A DNA stretch of 64,000 bases from NCBI GenBank assembly GCA_951406725.2, contig OX597823.1:116932001-116996000 (forward strand), given 5' to 3'. Below, one piece after another: positions 38,004 through 53,420 of the stretch (position 1 is its first letter; every line of letters begins with the position of its first letter). The translations under genes were made by a program, and so were the position numbers. The notes under the pieces were generated by a model. That model searched no databases. It saw only the letters and a list, made by a program, of their open reading frames with translations, and had not been told where the DNA came from. Origin of the DNA: Octopus vulgaris (taxonomy: Eukaryota).

Positions 38004-39528
38004 ATATATGAATGAATGGACAAACAAAATAGAAGGGCACTCAACACATTTAGTTTGAGTTACATGTATCCTTTGAAACAGTTTGATGTGGTTACTCTTA
38101 ACATGGAGCCAACATGAGTGCTGTTTATGTGGTGCCAGCATAGGTTCTTGTTACATGGTGCTGACAATTATATTCCATTTATATATTTCTATAATAAATT
38201 GAGAAATCAACAGTTGATGCAGATTCTTGTTAAGACCAACAACAGAGTTAGCTCTGAAATCCAGATTAATTACAAAAGTAAGGGGCATACAAAGGAGATG
38301 GATTCTGATCTTTGGTAGATACAGGAACATTTCTGGACACGTTTCTCAATGGCCAAACCTCCTCAGTAGAAAACAGTTTTACTGAAATGACTGAAGGTAG
38401 CAATATTGATTAGGCAATTTAAAATAATGAGATGAGAAAATTCCCCACCAGGGTGCTTTCTCTGCAATTTATATATAGATGATTGCCATACACATATTTG
38501 TGATAAATGTATAAATTTCTGTTTGAATGATTTGTTAAGGCAAGTAGTTGTTGGTCTGACTTCTGTTTTTTTTGTTTTTTTTCTTTCTCTACCTAATATA
38601 TAACTCTTCCTAATCTCCAAGCTATTCAACCATGAAGAGAAAATGATAAATATATATTTCTGCTGGTGAAGATTGAAACATGAAGATGCAAATGAGAAAT
38701 TTACCAATAACTATTAAATATGCTAAAATTTCTTCTTCTAAATTGGAATTCCATTCAGAAAAATATTTGCTATATTTTATTCCTGAAGTTCTTCTGCCAA
38801 ACTCCCAGTCTTGTATGATTAAAATTTCTGCATTATTTAGATAGAGAACATGTATTTGCTCCAAAAGTAAATTAAACATTAAAGCACAAAAATGAAAAGG
38901 GAGATGTATCTCTAATAATAATAATAATAATCATGATAATAATAATAATGATAATAATAACAACAACAATAATGATAATTTATTTCTGATTGTTTAGTTT
39001 TCTTCATTTTCTTCAAATTTTGTAAAATGAATTATATATTCACTCATTTGGTTTCAGTTATTTATTTTCAACTGAACATGGAGTGAATGCTTGTGAGGGA
39101 GTGCACACACATACACCCACATATAGATTCTTATCATTCACCTATGAGTATTCAGTTGTTCAGTCAACTGAATTACTTACTCATTGAGTTAACCTCTAAG
39201 TGGCTGAGTATTCCAGAGACATTTTAAGTCTTAATGTAGTTCTTGGGTACAATACAACCAACAGACTTCAGTACAGTTTCTGTTGAGTCATTTTTCTCTC
39301 ACAAGACTTATGTTGCTCTGAGGGCATGGTACAAGACACATGTTGAATATGCCACACTGTGGAGTTGAATCTAAGGCCATACGATTGTTAAGCACACTTG
39401 TTAAGCATTTGACCCTCCTGTATCCACGACAGATATACATACATACCTGTACATGCACATATATACATGCATGCATGTGTGTGTGTGTTAAATGTTTGTA
39501 CTCCAGTACAAATTCTCAGAATCTAGAC

Positions 39529-39788
39529 CAGTAGTTCCCAAACTTTTTCAGGCTGCTGCCCCCTTGATACCCAGGCCACATTCCTAACACCCCACCCCAA
39601 CCGAGCACCACAAACACAGACCTCTTTCTGAAGCAAATTCAAAGCAACTGTATTTCACAAATAAAACTTAAACCTAATGAATCCATTATTTTGTTTGTTT
39701 TTACATGAATCGCTACCCCATCAGTGCCCCACTTTCCTTCAACAAACCTTTGGAGCTTTCCCCCACCCTCAGACGTTGAGCAACACTA
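39529..39788. mobile_element. hAT (Charlie-like) MITE
   Basis: tctagac|cagtagttcccaaacttttt ... gttgagcaacact. Confidence 0.55.
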
Positions 39789-39799
39789 TACCATCTTAA

Positions 39800-40012
39800 A
39801 GGCAGCATGCTGGCAGAGTCATTAGCACACCAGGCAAAATGCTATAGTTTCATCCATCTTTATGTTCTGGGTTCAAATTTTGCCAATGTTGACTTTGCTT
39901 TTCATCCTTTCGGAGTTGGTAAAATAAACACCAGTCGAGCCCTGGGGTCATTGTAATTGACTTAACCCATCCACAAAATTGCTGGCTTTGTGCCAAAATC
40001 TGAAACCAATAT
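39800..40012 (+). mobile_element. SINE family C, degraded
   Basis: gctggcagagtcattagcac...ttttcatcctttcggag. Confidence 0.7.
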
Positions 40013-40201
40013 TATACTGCTTCTAAACTCCCGCCTTAGCTATTATACAAATACATCATCTTCAGAAATTCTAGACAGACTAATACTAGACATCACTAGC
40101 CTACACATCTTCTACTCCACATAGCAAAATGGATTTGGACCACTATGCACAACTACTACACCACTCACAAACCTAACTCAGAAAAATATATCATCACTAA
40201 A

Positions 40202-40419
40202 CCCTTTCGTTACCAACCCAGCTGAAACCAGCTCTGGCTCTGAGTACAAATGTCTTGTTTTCATAAGTTTTGAAATATAATGTTTATAAAGCTTAGTCAT
40301 AATTAATGTTCCTAACACTAGCTTAATGATAATTTATAAATTTTAACTAAATTCTTTATTATATTTATAATAATTGAGAGAAACACAGAGCATCTCAAAA
40401 TAATACAGTAATTAAAGGG
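40202..40419. mobile_element. piggyBac-type MITE inserted in the LINE
   Basis: taaa-ccctttcgttacc ... agtaattaaaggg-TTAA. Confidence 0.7.
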
Positions 40420-40910
40420 TTAAACATCAAAAATCCACCTATCCATACCATTCTAACTCCAGCTAACATCAGTAAAAGTTTCAGTTCAATTCCTTGCAAT
40501 CCACTCATGCAAAACACTCACCATACTATCTTAAGAAATGATACAAAACACTGACTAGTAAATTATCTCTCATATTGTAATACCAATGAAGTCTACAGAA
40601 ACAGCACTTTGAGAACCTGTAATTTTCTGTGGTGAACCACAGAGATTTCTGACTTACACGCCCTAACTTATACATATCTGACTTTCTTACATCTCCAACA
40701 TACTTGCAGATGGCATCATGCATGGGTGACATCACACTTCCAAACTCCCACCCTTCTCCAGATGATACTTCTCAACTAATCCAGCCCTGCATAGATCACC
40801 TAGAAACTTGGCTCTACAATGACAGACTAAAAGTAATTTCTATCAAAACTGATGTTTCCCTTTTACCAACAACATCAGATAGCTGTAGATACACACAAAC
40901 ATATAAAATG

Positions 40911-41220
40911 ATAAACGTCGCCCTTTTCAAGCCTAGACAGGCTCATGGGCCCGATTTCCCAGTTTCTGTGGAGTATGTGTTCCCCCCGGCTGGACGGGAT
41001 GCCAGTCCATCGCAGCATTACTCAAGAAACAGGAAGAGAGAGTGAGAGAAAGTTGTGGCGAAAGAGTACAACAGAGGTCACAACCACCCCCTACTGGAGC
41101 CTCGTGGAGCTTTTAGGTGTTTTCGCTCAATAAACATACATAACACCCGGTCTGGGAATCAAAACCGCGATCCTCCGACCACGAGTCCGCTGCCCTAACC
41201 ACTGGGCCATCATGCCTCCA
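40911..41220 (-). mobile_element. SINE family D with a target-site duplication of about 17 bp
   Basis: Homologous to 20873-21185; flanks atacacacaaacatata / atacacaaaaacgtata. Confidence 0.85.
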
Positions 41221-41597
41221 TACACAAAAACGTATACATATTTAAAATACTAGCAGTTACATACACTGCGACAACATTAAAAAAAGATGTTTAGAAGACA
41301 TTGTAACATTTAGAAGACACAGTAACGAAAGCAAAGTACCTTGAACAATAATAGGTACCACTTTTAACCAGCATAAACAAAAAGAGCAAATAAATAGTAC
41401 ACAAGATCTATCATAGACTGTTACTCCTAACTTTTAAATGTGGAATTTTAATAATGACAGCTTTCCAAATATACATACATTTCCCTTCACATTTAAACAT
41501 TATATACAATATTCCTTTAAACTTATCCCTTCAATGATGTCTTTTTCATTTTTGCTGTTGTTATTCATTGCATTTACAAAACATGTCAACAATAACA

Positions 41598-41770
41598 TTG
41601 TTTAACGTTCGTTTTCCGTGCTGGTATGCATTGGATAATTTAATAGGAACTGGATGAACCAACAGACTGTGCCAAGCAAGAGTGTCTATTTTGGCTTGGA
41701 TTCTACTCATGGATACCCTTGCTAATGCCAACCACTTAACAGAGTGTACTGGGTACTATTTTCTGATCTG
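41598..41770 (-). mobile_element. Degraded RTE-tail repeat
   Basis: tttaacgttcgttttccgtgctggtatgc...ggatacccttgctaatgccaaccact. Confidence 0.55.
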
Positions 41771-41913
41771 GTAGTCAGGTGACCAAATAACTTGCAAGAC
41801 AAGATTCATCAACTGCATGGGGAATTTCACATTTAAAGGAGGTGAAAGTATGACACAGGTACAAGAACAGGTATCCTGCTATAAAGGAGATACAGGTCTC
41901 CCCCCCTCTCTCT

Positions 41914-41966
<53 letters not shown>

Positions 41967-42105
41967 TAACATATATATATGTGTATATATATGTATATAT
42001 ATACATAATATAATATACATACATATATATATATATGTGTGTGTCTATATATAGATCCATACATATGTATATATATATCTACATACACACACACACGCAC
42101 ACATA

Positions 42106-43110
42106 TTGGGTCATCCCGTACATAATGGTGTTTTCTTATACTTCTTTTCTTTTTCAAAATTAAGATAAACAAAGTTCTTTTTTTTATCTAAAATATACTC
42201 TCCTTCATTTTCTACAATGCTTTTCCATCTGTCTGACAGACTTGCACGACCCTTCTTCCAAAATTCACTTGTCCGTGATGAAACGTACTCCTCCAGTACT
42301 GTTCTGACGTCATCTACAGAATTCATATTTTTTCTATTCAAATGATTTTGAAGACTGTAGAATAAATGATAATCAGATGGGGCAATGTCTGGTGAATATG
42401 GTGGATGGGGCATCGTTTCCCATTCTAACTGCTCTAGCATTTAGAATATCATCTGCATTGTATGTGGCCAAGCACTGATGGAAGAACACCTTTCGTCTTG
42501 AAACCAAAGATGGTCATTTTACTTCTAGTGCTGACTGAAGCCATTCAAGCTCCTCACAGTAGATCTACTTTGGTTTGGATTTAAAAGTCCGAAGTTTATA
42601 TCCTACCAAACAGATAACAACACCTTATGTGGGTGAAGACCTTCTTTAGCCTTAGGTACCGGTAATTCTCCTTTCCCTACCCACTCTCTTTGGCACTTGA
42701 CATTTTTATAGAGAACCCATTTCTCATCACCAGTCACTATTCAGTCCAAAAAAGGTTCATTCGTGAGACATAACAACAAAGAAGAGCACACATTCACTCT
42801 CTGTGCATGATTAGACTTGGAAAGTTTGTGACAAACTCATTGACCCAATTTGCTAACTTTTCCAATGGCACACAAGTGTTGATGAATGGTTGGATGACCA
42901 AATCCAAGCTTCACTGCTATTCCTCAACAGTTATGATGGGATTTTGTTCCACTAGGGTTTGCAGGATGCCTTTGTCTAGCTCTACAGATCTTCCAGGATG
43001 AGGCTCATCTTCTAGGCTGTAGTTTCTGGCTCAGAATTTCTGGAATCACCGTTCACACTGGCTTAAGCTCATTGTCCGATCTCCATTTACTGCATTAATA
43101 TTCCTCACGC
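42106..43110 (-). mobile_element. Second mariner transposon remnant
   Basis: IVTGDEKWVL (about 42710-42740), HPPYSPDIAPSDYHLF (ORF 42111-42440), TA-ttgggtcatccc terminus. Confidence 0.9.
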
Positions 43111-43124
43111 ACATATATATATGA

Positions 43125-43242
43125 AACCATGCCAATTCACACTGGAGTCTGGTGCAACCTTCCAGCTTGCCAGCCCTGGTCAAACTGTCCAACTCATGCC
43201 AGCGCAGACAACAGACGTTAAATGATGATGATGATGATGATG
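43125..43242 (+). mobile_element. RTE tail fragment
   Basis: actggagtctggtgcaacc...gacgttaaa(tga)n. Confidence 0.65.
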
Positions 43243-43298
43243 CAATATATATATATATAAGAGAGAGAGGGAGTGAGAGATGTGTAAAAACTGTGTGT

Positions 43299-43337
<39 letters not shown>

Positions 43338-43479
43338 TGTGAAAAGTCTAAAGGGAAAAGAAAAACAAAGTTTAAAGTGACAAATTAACAATGTTCCTGC
43401 TCCTCACACTATCACACCTCAACTACTACTCCATTGCAGCTTTCGGTCCTTTTACATCCCTTTTTTATACTCATCTCCA

Positions 43480-43632
43480 TTTTGCTCCAAGAGGTCATTC
43501 GACCTAGAATTTTTGGAGACATCAATTATTTTGTGTTGCATCTGGATATTTATGAAATTTGGGTAAGATTCATTGAGAAATAGCACTTCTGATTTCAGAC
43601 AGTCAGACAGACATTGATGCTTATAGATTTAT
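43480..43632 (+). mobile_element. Possible Helentron/DINE-1-like non-autonomous element end
   Basis: gaaatttggg...gattc...cagacagtcagacagac...ctttatagat architecture. Confidence 0.35.
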
Positions 43633-45015
<1,383 letters not shown>

Positions 45016-45083
45016 CCAGTTCCAGCCTATGAGCTGTGGCCATGCTGGGGCACCGCCATTTGGTGTTGCTACTTGGTTTAACT

Positions 45084-48000
45084 TCATGGAGGCTTTCTAG
45101 CAACTGCTATTTGGTGCATGAGAGAGTTCGATGCAGCTGCCCTCATCTGCCCCTCCTGCCGTGAAGTTGGTTCATCTGGGACACCTGACAGGAAGAGATC
45201 CAGCTTCATTTTAAAGACATCTGTATCCACCCCATGCAGGTCTCTCAGGTTCTTCGGGAGGATATCGAAGAGCTGTGGGCCTCGGAAGCCCAGGCTATCA
45301 CAGAATCTTGTCCTACATCTTGATGGCAGGTTTGGAGTCCTAGGCACCACGCAGTGGCCCCAGTTCTGGCATTTGCGTAACTCTCGATGCCAAAGTTCAG
45401 GACACTTCCCTCCAGGATCTTCCAGATCTTCCATATTATGGCATATCTTTCCCGCCTACGCTCCAGGGAATATAATTTTAATCTCTTGAGTCTTTCCCAG
45501 TAGCTTACATTCTGCATAGAGGCTATCTTCTTTGTGTAGCTTCGTTGGATCGCCTCAAGTTCTGTGATCAACTTGACACTGGATGGTGACCATAGCTGAG
45601 AGCAATAGTCAAAGTGGCTTAGGACAAGTGTCTTCCAGAGGACCATCATCGTTTCTTGTTCTCTTGTTCTAAAGGTTCTAAGAATCCATCCAGCCAGCCG
45701 TCTACATTTCATTGTCAGTTTAGCAACATGTACATGAAAGGTCGCGTCATCACTCATGTGAATACCAAGGTCACGCACTGATTGTGCCTCTGGGATTGCA
45801 ATCCCTCCGGGTCCAGTGTATTCATTGGGTATTGCATTCAGTTTTGCATGCTGATAGTATAAAGCTTGAAACTTTCCAGCATTGAACTGCATGCTATTCT
45901 TTTCAGCCCACTTGTATATTTCGTCCAGCTCACATTGCAGGTGTTTAGTGTCCTCAGGGTTCTGTATTGCCTGTGAGACTTTTGTATCATCTGCATAACT
46001 TGTGATCGTGGCTCTCTGCGTGGCTGAGGGCATGTCTGAGAGGGCCATTATGAACAGTAGTGGTCCCAGAACAGTGCCCTGCGGAACACCGCTCACTATT
46101 TGTGTGTTAATGGAGGTGGCCCCATTGGCTACTACCACCTGACTTCTATCCTTCAGAAAGTCATGAAGCCATTCTCCCAGTTTTCCAACTATGTTGAGAT
46201 CACGCAGTTTGTGACATATCATTCCATGATCGACTTTATCAAAGGCCTTTGCAAAGTCGAGATATATCACTTCCACATTTGAGTGGTTGAGCAGCCGTTT
46301 CAGCACCCAGTCATAGTGTTGTAGGAGCTGAGTTAAACAGCTTCTCCCTGGTCAGAAACCATGTTGGGTGTCGGGCAGCAAGTCATTCTCTTCAAGGAAG
46401 GTGATCAGCTTCCTTCTGACTATTCGTTCCATGACCTTGCTGATGTGTGAGGTCAGAGAGATAGGTCTATAGTTCTTGGCTTCCGCTCTGCTACCTCCTT
46501 TATGAATGGGGCATATTTTACCTTCCTTCAGCTTTCCTGGAAGTTTGCCAGCTGCAAGGAAGCTCTGAAAGAGGAACTGCAGTGGTCTTGCTAGAACTCT
46601 CTTACATGCTTTTAGGAGGATTGCCGGGAATCCATCGGGGCCAGTAGCTGAGTCTGTTTTCATTTCATCTATAGCCTTGGTTACATCGTCTTCCTTTATA
46701 TCGATGTAATCTATCGTCGCCGCCTCTGATTTTATATCTGCAGTGGTAAAAAAGTCAGTTGGATTGGTGATTTGGAGATGCCCAAGGGGTGGAGTGAAAA
46801 CACTCTTGAATTGCTCATTCAGTATTTCACTTACCCTCATTGGTTTTCCTGTAAGTGTGCCATCCTTTTCGAGGAGTGGCCCTATTCTACAGTGCACTGT
46901 AGCTGTTTCTTTGGCATACCTGTAGAAAGCTCTGGGGTTAGATTTTATGTTTTCTATAGCCCAGGCTTCTTTGTCTGCTCTTTCTTTTTTCATGGGAGAG
47001 TTGCAGACATTTTTCGATTTCCAACAGTTTTATTTTTAGGCGGGACTTTTCACTGCTTTCAATCTGTTTGTTTAGGCGATTTGAAAATTTCGTACGCCGT
47101 CTCATTAAAATTTTCCTCTCTCTGGGGATTTTGTTCTTGTGTACAGTGGCCTTTCTCTCTGGGACACATTTGTAGCATATGGCTTGCATTACAGACATGA
47201 ATTGTTGAAGTTTCACGTCGATGTCTGGCGAGGAGAGACATTCAGGCCAGTTTTGTTTGAGGATCTCTTTCTCAATTTGTTTCCAGTTTGCCTTATGGTA
47301 GTTCAAGCTGGAAAGATTTTGAGGGTTTCTTGTAGGCTGCATGTCCGTGCTCTCTTTTGGCCCGTACATGGTCAGCTCTATCATGTTGTGATCCGAGAGT
47401 AGTGTCGGTGTCACTTTCACATTATGGATGAGATCCATGTCATTTGTGAAGCAGAGATCCAGTGTGTTACCTGTCCTGGTTGGTTGGAGTATTACCTGCT
47501 CCATGTACAGGGTGTTGATGAGGTTCAGGAGGGACCTCGCCTGTCCTCGTTCACATCTTGTCATTCCTGGGAGAGAAAGGCCCTCGGGCCATCTGACATT
47601 GGGCAGATTGAAGTCTCCCATAAGAAGCACACCTATGTGTTGTTCTAATGTGGTTAGAATTTCTTCTATTTTTATAAGGCAGTCTTCGAACTTGCCCACA
47701 TGGCTTGGGGCATCTGGAGGGCGATATGTAGCACACACAACTACATCAAGTTGCCTAATATGTACAATTAGTGTGTCACACACCGAGTTTGAGTATGACA
47801 AGAGGACCTGGGGTGTGAGGTCCTCACGGATGTACATAGCAACACCTCCATGACTCCTTTCTTTCCTGTCGGTCCGTAGTACAGCATACTGTGGTATGTG
47901 TAACTCCGCATCTGCTATGTCCGGTTTCAGGTGCGTTTCTGTAAGTGCTATGCATAAGTCTTGATTGCATGCAACAAAGTCTCTCAGGAACGGGATCTTT

Positions 48001-48085
48001 GTCCTGTTACTGAGTGTTTGCAGTCCTCTGATGTTCAGTAGGAGTATCGAGGTGAGGTGTACGTTGTTGCCGGCGGTGTCCATCC
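45084..48085 (-). pseudogene. LINE ORF2 (APE endonuclease plus reverse transcriptase) with frameshifts near 46985 and 45430 and a nonsense codon at 46352
   Basis: LNIRGL, LTETHL, YRPP, GDFNLP, LDLCFT, SDH; NYRPISLTS, QHGF*PGRSC, YLDFAKAFDKVDH, SGVPQGTVLGPLLF, YADD. Confidence 0.93.
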
Positions 48086-48388
48086 TGTGTCTGTTTGCTG
48101 TGGTGGTCTGGTATATAGTGGGTAGTCCCACCTGCGGGCTTGGGTTTGATGAAGCCAGGTCAGCTGCTGTACAATCTTTTGTGCCATGCACAAAAAAGAT
48201 TGTTGCTCAGCAGCTGCTCTTTCGACAACATCATGTTGGCTGTTTGTGGCGCGCACAACATCTGCGTACCTCCGCTTTGGGGCAGGTGGTGCGTAGTCCA
48301 TCCCTTTTCTTTGTGTTGATGGTTTGTCCATCTGCCTCGTGTCTCTGTGGCAGGGTCCCCGATGTGCAAAGCGGCAGCCTGCAGCCTG
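48035..48388 (-). pseudogene. LINE ORF1 C-terminal part overlapping the start of ORF2
   Basis: Open frame [24 protein letters not shown]...RRYADVV...; CRFAH resembles the end of a CCCH finger. Confidence 0.5.
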
Positions 48389-48745
<357 letters not shown>

Positions 48746-49299
48746 CGCACGCACAGATATGTGCATGAATTAGTAGTGTAAGATAGACAGACGCAGATAC
48801 ATAAATGTTGTCCCAGCAGAAGTGAGTTACTATGTGCTAAGCATTATAAATGAGGTGAAATTTTAACATTTGCCAAAATAAATGTCATATTTATATGTCA
48901 GTTTATTATGTTTACAAACAGTAAAATATAAAATAAAATTTTCAGAAAAGTATATTAGATATACACCCTGAATACGCACGCAAACACACACACATTTATT
49001 ACAGTATACAGAAAAGTTACAGGTATCGAATGTTGAGAACTAGGAGTTATGTATGCGATAGATGTGTAGATTATTTTATTATAGTTGTCCAATACTGAGA
49101 GATCCAGTGAGTTATAATAGAGACTAGGATGATTTGCCAAAAATTGCTGGTGAAGTGTTTGGTTTTGGAAAATGGCCAAGCTGAACATCAGAATGCATAG
49201 TGTAGACTATATAAAACCAAGAAGTAATATTGTATTATTTAGAAACTGGTAAATTGTTTTGAAATACTATCGCTTCTAGTTACTACTATTTTGATATTG

Positions 49300-49460
49300 T
49301 ATGAATGTCTGTGGTATCACATGAATGAATTTGTTGCGGTATAGAAAACTGTGTTATGGCACGGAAACCAATGTTATCACATGAAACTCTTTGTTATAAC
49401 ATTTGTATCCGTGTTATCACATGAATACTTGTTATCACATGAATGTCTATGTTATAAACT
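49300..49460. repeat. Minisatellite of about 20 bp, about 8 units
   Basis: Recurring tgttatcacatgaa. Confidence 0.75.
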
Positions 49461-49553
49461 GCTAAAATAAACACTATATAACTCAAGTTTGGTTGATATT
49501 AATGCATATTTGATTTAGGTTATCGGCCTTTTTATATGTTATAGTTATTATTA

Positions 49554-49982
49554 AGGCAATGATCTGGTTGAATTGTTAGCAAACCAGGAAAAAAGTTTGA
49601 CTAACATTTTGCTCATCTTTGTGTTCTGAGATCAAAATCTGCTATGGTCAACTTTGCCTTTCATCCTTTCAGGGCTGATAAAGTAAATACCAGCTGAGCA
49701 GTGGGGGTCACTGTAATCATCTAGCCCGCTTTCCACAAAATTTCAGGCCCTGTGCATATGGTAGAAAGTATTAAGCTGGCAGAACCACCAGCAGGTTGGA
49801 CAAAATACTCAACGGCATTTCATCTGTCTCTATGTTCTGAGTTCAAATTCCACTGAGGTCGACTTTACCTTTCATCCTTCCAGGGTCATTAAAATAAGTA
49901 CCAGTTGAGTACTGGGGTTGATGTAATTGACATAATCTCTCCCCCAAACTTGTTGGCCTTGTGCCTTTAGTCGAAAAGATTA
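49554..49982 (+). mobile_element. Two tandem SINE family C copies, tail type 1
   Basis: Two cores, with tails ...ccttgtgcc..tagt(a/c)gaaaag. Confidence 0.75.
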
Positions 49983-49997
49983 CTATTTATTATTATT

Positions 49998-51258
49998 ATT
50001 GTTATTTTTCTTTTTCACAGGTTTTGTTGGAACTCCTGGAGTCTTGCATGCATAGTGGGCTTGCTACCTGCAGCCTATAGACCCATGCTATCCATTCTTT
50101 TCAGCTATCCAATACTTTCTTGATTATTCTGGCAATGCCAAGGAGGCAAACCTTTTGTAATCATCTACTGAACACTCTATCCCAACTTCCTTTATATCTC
50201 CTTGATTCCTTCTGATACTATTCCTAAGGACCCAACAATATTTGGCACTATCTTCCCCTTCTTCATTTTCCATAGATGAGCTATTTCGTACTTAAGAGGG
50301 TTGTATTTATCTCTCTTTCTACCTTCCTTCTTGACTATTTGTGGGTCAAAGGGGCATGCAACATCAACTATATAGCACTGTGGTGCATCTTGTCCACCAC
50401 TACTATGTCCAGTCTGTTATACTCTAGCACATGATCTGTTTGGATTGAAAAATCCCAGAGGATTTTGCTAGTCTCTGACTCCGCCACTCTCTGCAGTTTG
50501 TGCTCATACCACATCTTGCCTCTCTCTAGGCCCACTTTTTGCAGTTTCCAATGTGTCACTGTTTGATTGTATCTTGGGCATTCGTTTGTAATTTGGGCAA
50601 TGGTTTCATCCACTCTATTACAGATGCAGCACAGTGGAGACACTTGCTCATTCCAAAAGTTGACCCTCCAGTTCATGGCCAAAGTTTGGTCTTGTGCTGC
50701 CAGGGTAGTGCTCTCGGTCTCTTTTTTTAGTGTTCCTTTCTTCAGCCAATCCCACCTATTTTTCCAGCAACTTCTGTTGCGGCTGCATGGAATTGATTGT
50801 GTTGTCCCTTCTTGCGTAATTCTTCTTCGTGTCCTTTTTGTACTTCTTCCTTCATTTTCCCTTTTTTTCTCTGCTTCCAATACTCCCTCGTTCCTAACTG
50901 ACACTAGCAAGGTTTCCTTACTTTGAGCTTGGTATCTCATTAAGCTCTCAACTGCAATACATATGCAGTCTTCCACACTTGTCTGTCATCTTCCTCCAGT
51001 TGCTCTCTTCATGTATAGGCAATCAATGTCTGCAGATGAATGATGGGCTCCACACATCATTAGGAGCTTTCTTGAGTTCCTGTCCAACTCCTTTAGCTTC
51101 TCCTCTGTCCACTTCTGGATTCCAATGCCATACCAAATTACTGCAACTGCACACGAGTTTATTGCCGAAATTGTTTCTGGCACTCAGCTTTGTATCCAAG
51201 TATTTTTCTCACTTGCTGCAGGTATTCTCCTTTTGTCTTTTCCTTTATGCCATTGTGT
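49998..51258 (-). mobile_element. R4/Dong-clade non-LTR retrotransposon 3' part (CCHC plus restriction-like endonuclease)
   Basis: AAQDQTL, CCICNRVDETIAQITNECP, KILWDFSIQTD..LEYNRLDIVVVDK, LQKVCLLGIARIIKKV; (TTA)n on both flanks. Confidence 0.85.
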
Positions 51259-51287
51259 TTTATTATTATTATTAATAATATTCTGAA

Positions 51288-52137
51288 GGCAGCGACCTGG
51301 CAAAACTGTTAATGCACCAGGCAGAGAGTTTAGTGTCACTTCATTTTTCGTTTGATTGTGAGTTCAAATTCTGCTGATGTTGACTTTGCTTTCCACCCGT
51401 TCAGTGTTAATAAAATAAGTATCAGTAAAACAGTGAGCTGGCAGAAACGTTAGCACACCGAGCGAAATGCTTAGCAGTATTTCGTCTGTCTTTATGTTCT
51501 GAGTTCAAATTCCACCGAGGTCGACTTTATCTTTCATCTTTTTGTGGTTGATAAATTATGTACTGTGGTCAATCTATAGGCGCAGGAGTGACTGTGTGGT
51601 AAGTAGCTTGCTTACGAAGCACTTGGTTCTGAGTTCAGTCCCACTGCGTGGCACCTTGGGCAAGTGTCTTCTAATATAGCCTCGGGCCAACCAAAGCCTT
51701 GTGAGTGGATTTGGTAGATGGAAACTGAAAGAAGCCCGTCATATATATATGTGTATGTGTGTGTATGTATGTATATGTGTATATGTTTGTGTTTGTCCCC
51801 CCAACATCGCTTGACAACCGATGCTGATGTGTTTACGGCCCCATAACTTAGCGGTTCGGCAAAAGAGACCAATAGAATAAGTACTAGGCTTACAAACAAT
51901 AAGTCCTGGGGTCGATTTCCTCGACTAAAGGCGGTGCTCCAGCATGGCCACAGTCAAATGAGTGAAGCCAGTAAAAAAGTAAAAGAGTAATTGACCTTGC
52001 CCCCTCCCCCAAAATTTCAGACCTTGTGCCTAGAGTAGAAAAGAATGAAATAAGAATCATTAGAGCACTGGGGGTCAATACAATTGGCCGGCCCCTTCCC
52101 CCTGATTTCAGGCCTTGTGCCTCTAGTAGAAAGGATC
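51288..52137 (+). mobile_element. SINE family C cluster with a family A copy nested at 51579-51988
   Basis: The C body stops at ggtcaatcta and resumes at aattgaccttgccccctccc after the A copy. Confidence 0.8.
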
Positions 52138-52544
52138 GTTATCATTATTGTTATTATTATGGCCATCATCACCATCATCATCATCATCAATATTGCAAGT
52201 ATCGTTTTAGCTTCACTTTCGTTATGACTCATTCTTCATTGCATGATTTCGTATGCCCAATGTCAGCGTGATGGTGAACACGTTGCACATTCTGTCATGC
52301 ACAGCAACATATGCTACAGCTCACTGTAAGCTTTTCTTAATTACCAATGTCTGTGACTAACTTATCACTTGCAACACATGCATAGCCACAACCGCTCTTT
52401 CGCTTCCATCAATACTCACTTTCAGACACACAAAAGCACACTCACACACACACTTGTGAACACACATATGTACATATCCATACACACTGTTCATGCAAGC
52501 TTTATATATATATATATATATATGATAAAATATCATATATAAAT

Positions 52545-52661
52545 AGGCACAGGAGTGGCTGTCTGGTAAGAAGCTTGCTTCCTAACCACATGGTTCTGGG
52601 ATGACCAAAGCCTTGTAAGTGGATCTGGTAGACAGAAACTGAAAGAAGCCTGTCATGTATA

Positions 52662-52695
<34 letters not shown>

Positions 52696-52922
52696 AGTAT
52701 GTGTATGTATATATGCATTTGTTGTTTGTGTTTGCTTGTCCCACCACCACCACCGTTTGACAACTGATGTTGGTGTGCTTACGTCCCCATCACTTAACAG
52801 TCCAGTGAAAAGAGATTGATTGAACAAGTACTAAGTTTACAAAGAATAAGTCCTGGGATCGATTTATTCAACTGAATGTGGTGCTCCAGCATGGCTGCAT
52901 TCAAATGGCTGAAACAAAGAAA
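52545..52922 (+). mobile_element. SINE family A copy with internal deletion
   Basis: Homology to 481-874. Confidence 0.8.
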
Positions 52923-52934
52923 GGTGTAGAAGAG

Positions 52935-53420
<486 letters not shown>

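Larger units (their letters stand above)
40020..41420 (+). pseudogene. Old I/Jockey-group LINE reverse-transcriptase remnant, interrupted twice
   Basis: EILDRLIL...QNGFGP..TTTT.LTNL, NISKSFSSIP, GEPQ and NLYISDF...MASCMGDITL are decayed RT motifs (QHGFR, DxxKAFD, GVPQG, YADD). Confidence 0.6.
44983..48388 (-). mobile_element. CR1-group LINE, 3.4 kb, truncated within ORF1, (TCAA)n tail, inserted in (TA)n
   Basis: Complete EN-RT ORF2, short 3' UTR with ggcggtgccccagcatggccacag, TA arrays on both sides. Confidence 0.95.

Noticed and set aside
47139-47853. Plus-strand ORFs overlapping the LINE (also 7647, 8163, 13778, 45118 and 50567)
   Set aside because: Antisense shadows of retroelement coding sequence
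49300-49460. Short repeats with variable intervening bases, superficially CRISPR-like (also the RTE UTR modules)
   Set aside because: Spacers are only a few bases, repeats are degenerate, the context is eukaryotic and there are no cas genes; this is a minisatellite
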